Shown here one piece after another: positions 53,641 to 64,000 of a stretch of DNA of 64,000 bases. The notes beneath the pieces were generated by a model. It did not search any database. It was not told the origin of the DNA and saw only the letters and a program-made list of their open reading frames with translations. Each line of letters starts with the position of its first letter. The first letter of the stretch is position 1. The translations under genes were made by a program, and so were the position numbers. The stretch spans positions 1-64,000 of the forward strand of contig NIVC01003303.1 in the NCBI GenBank assembly GCA_002269645.1, read 5' to 3'. Source of the stretch: Macrostomum lignano. Taxonomy: Eukaryota.

Positions 53641-53777
53641 ACTGGCCAGCGAGAGCCGTACGAGCTTTGGCCTCGCCAGCCTGTCTGCTATAAAGTCTAG
53701 TGACTCTTTGTGACTGTACTTGACTCTTTGATTTTGTTCTTGTGGTTTCAGTCTTTGTTTGCTTTGGCGGGGGGCAG

Positions 53778-54051
53778 TGTTGGGCCTGGTGTGTGGGGTT
53801 GGGGTGCGCTTTTATTCCGTGTATTGTTTGTGTTCTTAACTCTGTACGTGTACTCATGGTCCGTGGCTCCCGCTCTTTGCACGTCTCTTCTCTATCATGA
53901 TTTTAATGTACATTGTTGGTGTTTTAGCCCTGGGGTGGGGGTGGCTACTATTGAACCTCGCTTGTAATAAATCATATTGTTGGTTGTTGGTGCACTTGGC
54001 ACGTTTGTCTTGTCTCGCATATTCTCAGCTCATGACTTGTTCATTTCAACA
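53778..54051 (+). repeat. 3' LTR
   Basis: TGTTGGG...TTCAACA, preceded by the PPT. Confidence 0.97.
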
Positions 54052-57000
54052 TATATTAAAATATTTTAGGCTTATTAACATTGCATTTTGATATGTATTT
54101 TTCTAAAAGATTAAATTTCTATAATATTGCCTAGGCTTTTATTATAATTTATATTATATTAACTTACTGTCTATATAAACTAGCCAAGTTAAATAGGCTA
54201 ATCCAGATAAAAATGAAAGGTCCTGAATATTAGGGCCTAGCCTATTAATATTATCTTTAAATTAAAACTAAATCAAGTCATAATATAATTTATATAATAA
54301 TAGGCTAATTTAATTTAAAATATAATGTTGTAGGCCTAGTTTTAATAGGCCGTTATAAAGAAAATAAATGTAAAACTGGCCCAATTTGCATAGGCTAAAG
54401 CATAATAGTTTTATAGATAGGCCCCTTTAAATTTTAAATTAAAAAATGTCCATTCAAATAAAATAAAGAGTAGGGCCTAGGCCATACTCAGGATCATGTC
54501 ATATATGCCAGAAATTTCCAGTGCACATTCAGGACAGCTGGCGTATACTTGGCTTACAAAATTTTTGAAAGGGTCTTCTGGCATACACCTTGGCATATAT
54601 ACAATTGGCGCACCCTACATGGCGCACACACATGGCACACACTGCATGGGGCATATACATGGTACACACATCACTGGAGAAAGCTGTGCCATGGCTACTG
54701 CAAGAGACAAAATCAAAGAAAATAAAATACATGAAGCGTGAAATTTTGCACAAAGTTTAACAATGATTTTGCAAATATATTGTAATGACAATTGACAACA
54801 GTTGCTTTATTTGAAATATTCTTTAAATTGTGTTTTACTTCTTATTTTTATTCTTTATTTTTGAAATTAAAAACATAAATCTTCAAAATTTTAATTTATA
54901 ATCTTTACTTGCAATTACGCATTTTTTTACATTAGGATTAAGATTTAGGACTGGTAGGCCTATACCTGGCACACTTGTGCATTTTGGCTAGCGTACCTGG
55001 CGAATACCAAAAAAATTTTGGGGTGGCTTCTAGCGCACACATAGCATGATCCTGACTATGGGGCCTAGGCCTATCTGACTGAGCATTTTGCATTTATCAG
55101 GGCCCTAGTTTAAACATACCACTAACCACTAGGCTTCTTGTTTAATTCAGGCATAGGCTATACACATACAGATATAGGCCCATCTATGCCACCAATAATT
55201 TTATTATAAAATTATAAAAAAAATAGATAGGGCCTAGTCTGTGATCCTACATTTCAGTTCTGAATTAAAACATTAGCAGATTAGATTGTGATTGCAATGA
55301 TGCCAATTTATTTTAAATAAACCATAAAAATGAAGTCAATATTTATGGACTGGAGTTGTACAGAACTCAAGGCCGACTAAAATCGATGAGACTTGTTGAT
55401 CGTTGCAGGTTAATTAGGACTCAGTTAGCCAAGTCAGTCGAGTTCACTTTAAAAATCACCTTTGCCCTTTGCGCTGTTTTAAAGTAGGGCTTAGTAGTAG
55501 CTGTACTAAGAGTTTTGGCTCCGGCAAATAGCCTGTTTTTAATTCCTATGCCAATGTTCAATTCGAAAAGGAAGGTTTATGAGTTATGATAAAATTCCGA
55601 TGTTTGTAAAAAATATAGTTTTTTGAAAGCGCGTCTGATATTTTACATCTTCGGGCGTCGGGACGAAGAATTCTAATCTAATATTATAAAATTCTAAGGA
55701 TTTTTTAATTTTGAAAGTGTGCAAAACAATTTTGTTTTGCTACATGATTTACTTTCTATTCACTAACGGAAAGTAGTACGTAGAAAGTTTAAATAGCAAG
55801 TTAATGTGTGTGAAATGAAATGCGTAGCATTTAAATTTAACATCAAGAAGGACCATTGTAGTTGAAGGACTCGGCACTCACGAAGCACGGAAAAAGTTTT
55901 TAAGGGCTGATTTTCGAAGCTTGATGCTGCCTCTTCAGATACAGATATTAAGATGATTATAGTCATCCTTGTTTACAATGTGGGTGTTTTTAAGCTGTAT
56001 AGTTGTCTTACTGCTAAAGGTATTATTTTTTCTGGATAGAGCATTATTAAATTTTGTGTCATCTTACCTTTTCTTCTAGTAACGGCATCTATTAAAGCTA
56101 AAATTTAGTTTATTTGCTTAAACTGCTATAAATACATGTTCATTTTGTATTTATATAATGTAGCCTTATTTTGCTTGATGCATATAAGGATATTAGATCA
56201 AGCAACTGCGTTCAACATATATTAACGTCGACCCACAAATAGGTACATGTAGTGTAAACGAGATAGATCGTGTCATTGTAGTCGGGGCATAGAGAGTATT
56301 ATATTTTATTAATACTACGTTGTATAGGGTTTCATTAATACCTGGTATAGGTAATAAGAAAGTCATACGCATCATGCTAGCCAATCAGCCAATCATTCTA
56401 CTTCAATTCACAGTGGTGCGCAACCATGGGCGTCACCATCCTGCATGGGGAGGGGGACGAGTGAGAAATTCTCGGTATTACGAGTTGGGCCGAAAGGAAG
56501 ACGCACATCGACAGAATTGGCTGCGCCGACGGAATCGGAGGAGCTGAGCTTGATCGTGTCCGGAGAGTTACTCGTCGAATCTCCCATCTGAACAACTCAT
56601 CACGCATTTAGCCATCATCAGAGAAGTTTTAACAGACAAAGCGTCGCTTATTTCTACGCTACCGAAGTCGACATGGTTGATCATGGCGGTTAATGCGATT
56701 TCATCGGTCTCGTCGGCATTTCCTCTCGTGATCATGGACCAGTAATTCGAAATTTGTGTAGGGGACAGATATGTTGTACTCTATTATTCTACCTTGCGCG
56801 TTGCGCCTTTGTCTATTTATAATATACATCAAACTAATGCACGTTGCTCTCGGAGCAAACCCTAGCTTAGATCTCAAATATAAGTATCTCGTATGAATTG
56901 CATTCAATGGCCAAGTGGGGCTAAACTCAAAAAATTCTACTGGCCTGTCGTCCACTACTATATGTACAGTTGCTGTTGTCATTATTTGTTCAAACGCATG

Positions 57001-57801
57001 CAGACTCAAATTTGTAAGGATAAAAGTAGGGTAGGAACTATATAGGCGAATTGGGCGAAATAGGATAAAATTGAATGGCCTACGACAACTTGGTGGCATC
57101 TTGGTGACTGATTGACTGACTGACTGACTTAAATTAAGAAATTAAGCTATTGTAGAACAACAGAAATGGGCAAATAGTCAAAGCCTACAATAGTACAAGC
57201 AGTGCATGGCAAAGCTCCCATTAATTTCAGACAATATCATGCGAGGCGGCAATTGACTCAGGTGGTTGACAGGCGGAGACAGCCGGTCGCAGAATTCTAA
57301 ATGAGCCCGGCGCGGAGGCCGCTCCAGGGGAGGAGCTGCGATCACGTCCGGGGCCGACGGCCAACCCCGACAGGCGTAGCAACGGAGGGGTGGACATGTG
57401 AACCGGCCCGCACAAGAGGACTGCAAAGGAGCGCAGAACTGAGCTTCCCACAGATGCTCTAACTCAACCAGAGTAAAACCGTGGAGTCTAACCGCCTAAC
57501 CCTCGCCCCCGTAGTAACGGGCATGTCTAGTGCTTATTTGATTGCATCCGCTTCTGTGTAAACCCTGCCATCGTTAGGTAAGCTGTATCCCACCTCATCG
57601 GCAGCGGGGGGATGAGTTTTCAGAGAATTTGTAGACAACTCATTTAATATACACGATCTTGAAGCCCAAAGAGGCAATGCTTGTTTTGAGATCTAAAGTG
57701 TGACGTCAACGAAAAGCATCTCAGGTTTTGTTGTCTGTTCCACCGCTGTCTGAAGGCAGAAGATAACCGGCGTTTAGAACATCGAAAACATCGTGTTATA
57801 T

Positions 57802-57811
57802 GACTGACTGG

Positions 57812-57846
<35 letters not shown>

Positions 57847-57990
57847 GCTGACTGACTGACTGACTGACTGACTGACTGACTGACTGACTGACTGACTGAC
57901 TGACTGACTGACTGACTCACTCACTCACTGACTGACTGACTGACTGACTGACTGACTGACTGACTGACTGACTGACTGACTGACTGACTG
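57802..57990. repeat. (GACT)n microsatellite
   Basis: Directly visible. Confidence 0.95.
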
Positions 57991-58263
57991 ACACAGACAA
58001 ATTAGATACATTGCATGGTTAATGCAAAGAGAAAAGAGAAAAGTAAAAAGCTTTTGCTGCCATGCACGGTAGAAATTTGTTTATTTTATATTTGGGCATT
58101 AAGATAATAACAAATTTTTTAGAGTAGCTTGTTTTAACAAGTTCTTTAAAATTCAAAATAGAATAGATTTATAAATAAACTATTGATTGGAGTCATTTTT
58201 AAAACAATCGGCTTTTTCTCTTGTTTCAATATTATCTGAAATCTGATTATTCTCAGAGATTTC

Positions 58264-58981
58264 TCAGAACACCTTGACGAATCTGCTCCAGGCGGGGTCC
58301 TTCTCGATGGCGTCACCAACACTGGAATCCGAGTAGTCCAGCATGCGGCAGAGCCCTGCGTCCGTGTTCACCAGAGCCGCCCGGCACTCCCAGCGGGAGG
58401 CGCACGCGTCCAAACAGGTGAACTGCTCCTCGATCGTGATGTCGGTGTAGCAATAAGTTGGCGTGATCTCCCCCAGCTGCAGGAACTCGGACCGTTTAAA
58501 CACGCCGCTATTCGGGGTCTCGATCGGCTGGCACAGACAGAGCTTCGTCCCGCCAGACGTGGCGTCCATGATTCCCGACTGCCGAATCGCCAGTCCGTCG
58601 TCGCTATCGTTGATGTCGTCTGGACAGTCGTCCGACCAGTCTTCGTCGCCGAGCACGGGGAACTCGGTGCCGTTGGTCATCAGCCAGCCGGTTCTGTTGC
58701 GGTACCGCTCGACCAGAAAATCGGTGCCGCCCAGCCACAGCAGCCTCGGCCACAGGTGACGAGCAGCCCGCGCCCGCTCGATCCCGAGCGCCAGCTCTCC
58801 GTTGATGCCGTGGCAGAACCTGGCCGCGTCGCACCATGCAGGTCCTCTTGATGTCCGAGAGGTTCCAGAACAGGCAGAATCCATTCAGAGTGGTGTAGGG
58901 CGGCGGGCAAGCGAACAGAGGGTAACTGCAGATTACAGCAAATGCGAAGCTTGCAAAGAGCAGGAGGCCTTTCTTAGCCAT
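58264..58981 (-). pseudogene. Secreted C-type-lectin-like + PAN/apple protein, single exon, frameshifted at ~58835-58841
   Basis: A signal peptide (MAKKGLLLFASFAFAVICSYPLFA) and CPPPYTTLNGFCL lie in one frame. WCDAARFC...LWLGGTD...W...LCLCQ (CTLD) and CLDACASRWEC...CRML (PAN core C-x3-C-x5-C) lie in another frame. No intron signals are present at the switch. Confidence 0.72.
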
Positions 58982-59651
58982 TGCTTGCAGTTGGTCCTGT
59001 TCGGCGTCAGAGGCATGTCTTGTCGGAATGGGTTCCGACAAACGCTATTTAAGCGCTTCTTCTAGCAACCAGCAGATTTCCCTGAGCAGATAAACGATTC
59101 AGCAACTTAATCGCGATAAGGAGAATGCATGGGACCTAAAGCAAAACCTGGGTTTTGCGATCCAGTCTGATTTTTTGAACAGTTCAATTTCAATAGAGAC
59201 AATGAGGCTGTTTGAAATCATTTTGTCGGCATCGGTAAACAGCAAAGCAGCTTAATTTATAAAATAAAATCCAGCTCGATCGCTTATCTATCTTGCTCTA
59301 TAGAATTGGAAAAAATATTCGATTTTAGAGGATTCAATTCCAATAAAATAGTTTTTATATTTCACGTACTGGGAGCAGATTAAATCCAGTTAAACACTGC
59401 TGAGAATTCGTCAAATGAAATTATTCAGAGATGAATTAGCTTAATGATTAATTAGCTAAAGCATGAATTAGATTAGGGATGAATTAGCTAAGGGATGAGT
59501 TAGATAGATAGATAAATAGATAGATAATGCGAAATGAAACCACGCACACAGTTGAAGCAAATTCACAATTTCTTTAACTCTAAGAAAAGAACCGAATTTT
59601 CGACCTAAACAGGGTCTTCGTCAGGGTATATTGTAAATAAAAAACTGTAGA

Positions 59652-59652
59652 T

Positions 59653-59735
<83 letters not shown>
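59652..59735. repeat. (GATA)n microsatellite
   Basis: Directly visible. Confidence 0.95.
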
Positions 59736-59736
<1 letters not shown>

Positions 59737-60007
59737 CAGAAAACAAATTTGCTCTCATTGGGCCGTCTGCTGAGCCAGTAGTTGTTTGTCGCTGAGTTGC
59801 TGCTAATAATGGTCAAAAGAAGAGTTTCTGCTTTTATTGTGCAGCCCTCTTAGCCCATGAACGCATATTTGTTTCAAAAATTGCCTTTTTGCTGAAACAA
59901 ACCATTTCAACTTCCTTTGATAGCTTATCTTTAGATCCTGGCACTGGAAGAACGAAGATTAAACCCAGTCGCATCATTGATTATTTAGTACAAATTTATC
60001 CGCCTAA

Positions 60008-61683
<1,676 letters not shown>

Positions 61684-63333
61684 TTATTGGCAGCGTCTGA
61701 TAAAGCAGTTACAATGAAGAAAATAACGATTTTTGCTATATGATTCCAAACGGTTGTGTAATACTGACTATAATTATACGAGGGGTCACAGAAAAGTCTA
61801 TAAAACCCCAAAATCACTACACTGTCTCTAGTGCCTATATGTTCATGACTCATTCATTTTATCGTGTAATAAAATAATCAATGAAAAGCAACATGTACTT
61901 TTGATTGTCTTGATTGTGGAACTTTATTGACTACTGATAGTATAACATCTAGCAAATGCAAAATAGGTAAATGATTTTACTGTGTAAATTGAATTCAACT
62001 AAACAAAGGACGCTTGCAACAAATGCAATGAAGTATAGAAACAGAAGCTCCTTCTAGCAATGTACTGCAATGCATAACTTCAATGAGAGCAATGATTTGA
62101 GTACCATTGGGTTTAGGGTATTTCGTCTAATGAATTTTCGTCCGGATCACTTTGTCCGCTACGTCTGGTCCAGATAGGACCCATATTCCAAGATAAATCT
62201 GACGGATCAAATACAGTTTCAATGTGACTAAGGACTTTTACAGACTACATGTTATCTCGTGTCGTTTTAATGATTTCACTAAACAATGATCGTTAAATAT
62301 AAAAATTCGATGATTTATAACAAACTTACTTGAATGTAACGATCGTGATGCATTAAGATCATCTTCGGTAACTTTTCTCTTCAATCAAACCAAATGTGCT
62401 GTAACTACTTATCATCTTTTTCCGATTGGAGTTGAAACATGATTGATCGAAGAGACGAAGGGAAGTCGTATAATCGATTGTAGCTTCAATTCTTCTAACC
62501 AAAACTGCATTGTCTTCAAATAGAATCTTGTCAGCTGTAGTTTTGTCTGCATCGTTAGTAAAAAAGAATTAACCAAAAGCAATGTTGATACACATGCTGC
62601 AGAGCCAATGTAGGCCTAAAGTGCATGTATTATAAAACAATAAGGTTGAAAATCCTACTAGAAACTGCTAGACGAGACTACAAGAATTACCTTGTCGAAA
62701 GATACCAAAAGATGTCAACAGAGCAGTAAACTTCACTAAAAACTATAATTAATTAGTAGGTTGAGTTGTAAATAACTTCAAGTTTTAAGGGACATCAGCT
62801 TCATCCGTAGAAGGAAGTGGTTTTATCTGATCGTTAAAGGAGAAAATCCCATCATCTAGTTGAACCTCGGACATGCGTTTTCATATTAGAGGCAGGGGGG
62901 TTGTGTGCACCCTGGCGCATTTTAAGCGACATTGGCACACAACCGGCGAGAGGCATTACTGCCCATTCCGCCGACTCCCCTGAGCAGGCACACAAGCACA
63001 GAGTGCCGCGCTGGATCACTGGGGCTAGGCCCCCTCAGACAGGCGTATAGAGGTTGTACGTCGAATTGGATGTAAGACTCTATGCTCATTGCCATACAAA
63101 AGTGGGATCCGGCAGAAAGAAACTGCTGATTGTGACAAGATGATTCCATGTCAGACTCCCTTTTAGATTTAAAAAAGCAAAAATAAACACAAAAATTAAG
63201 GTCTTGACAAGTAGGGGGCCTTAGCCCAGCCCAATAAAAAAATAAGGTCTTGACAATGATAGAGGGACACAACTAATGTTTTAGAACTTAAAATTGCGTT
63301 CATCTTCGCAGACTACTCAGACGCTGCCGAGAA

Positions 63334-63897
63334 CTACTCAAGAACGGCGACGCAGCGGAAGCAGCTGCCGCCGATGAAGCCGGCCAGGCCCCCGCTCGGT
63401 CCGAACAGAAGGCAGTCGCCGTTTCCAGGAATGACCAAAGCAAACAGGCAGGCCGGCTGCGCCGTGCACTTGAAGATGCAGTCCAGCCGAGGGCTCTTCA
63501 GGCCGGACCATCGGGTCAGGAGGGCGCTTGATGCAGCTGGGAAGCTGGACTGAGCACTGCTGACGCACAGGGAGGCTCCCTTAGCCACTGAAATTGCATC
63601 AGACTCACGATTTAGCAAAACTTGTGATTTTTATCGACACTACTCATAAATATTTTCACAAGTATGTCGATCTGCTCTCACTTGCTAAGATATCGATTTC
63701 GAATATGTTGAGGTACTGATAAAGTGGAACGAGGCCAGTGATGTTCTTGTAAATAGCGAAATACCTGCCCACAATGGGCTTGGAACAGTTGACTTTGATC
63801 GGGTTGTCAGCAACAGTGGGCACATCCGTGTAGTAGAAGCACAGTTGGAACAGGTGTGAATTGAATGCAGTCCACACGGCGGGGTTGTTTGTCACAC
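63334..63897 (-). CDS. Inverted paralogue of the F-type-lectin-PAN gene (last two exons; 5' exons lie beyond the window)
   Basis: Exons 63897-63682 (216 bp) and 63587-63334 (254 bp) have the same lengths and phases as 61142-61357 and 61430-61683, and the proteins are nearly identical. Confidence 0.88.
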
Positions 63898-64000
63898 CTG
63901 TGGTGGCAGAGGTGGGATAGCGACAACTTCAAAGTCTTAAAAAGAAATTAAATAGGTTAGGTAGGCAGGCAACCGAAAGTTGAAAATTCATATCTTAGCA

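Larger units (their letters stand above)
49547..54051 (+). mobile_element. Full-length Ty3/gypsy LTR retrotransposon (probably Mag-like), 4505 bp
   Basis: LTRs 49547-49820 and 53778-54051 are 274 bp each, TG...CA, with 14 differences. TSD TATAT lies at 49542-49546 and 54052-54056. PBS TGGCGTAACGAGCAGGAT starts at 49824 (tRNA-Ser-like) and a G-rich PPT lies at ~53766-53777. Domain order is PR-RT-RH-IN. Confidence 0.97.

Noticed and set aside
49935-53857. Antisense ORFs within the retrotransposon
   Set aside because: They are shadow ORFs of GC-rich gag-pol codons with no independent features.
56590-56625. CTGATGA hammerhead-like core (also at ~36347)
   Set aside because: There is no properly placed GAAA or supporting stems.

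Overview
This is eukaryotic (animal) genomic DNA, not prokaryotic. The paramyosin is very similar to flatworm paramyosins as I recall them, and together with the minisatellite-filled introns this suggests a free-living flatworm such as Macrostomum (inference). I built spliced gene models by hand, checking GT/GC-AG sites and intron phases. They are: complete paramyosin (10 exons, ~881 aa); an orphan CxxC-CxxC zinc-ribbon gene whose second exon is tandemly duplicated inside a 30-bp G-rich minisatellite; an SLC16/MCT-type MFS transporter with a GC-AG intron; a TMUB-like protein whose 11.5-kb first intron holds an ~8-kb higher-order satellite inside an inverted-repeat-bounded element; and MAP2K4/MKK4. 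The window also holds a full-length, decayed Ty3/gypsy LTR retrotransposon (274-bp LTRs, TATAT TSD, strong CpG-type decay) and a lectin cluster. The cluster comprises a frameshifted C-type-lectin-PAN gene and two tail-to-tail F-type-lectin-PAN paralogues. Most long ORFs in the supplied track are translations of tandem repeats, not genes.
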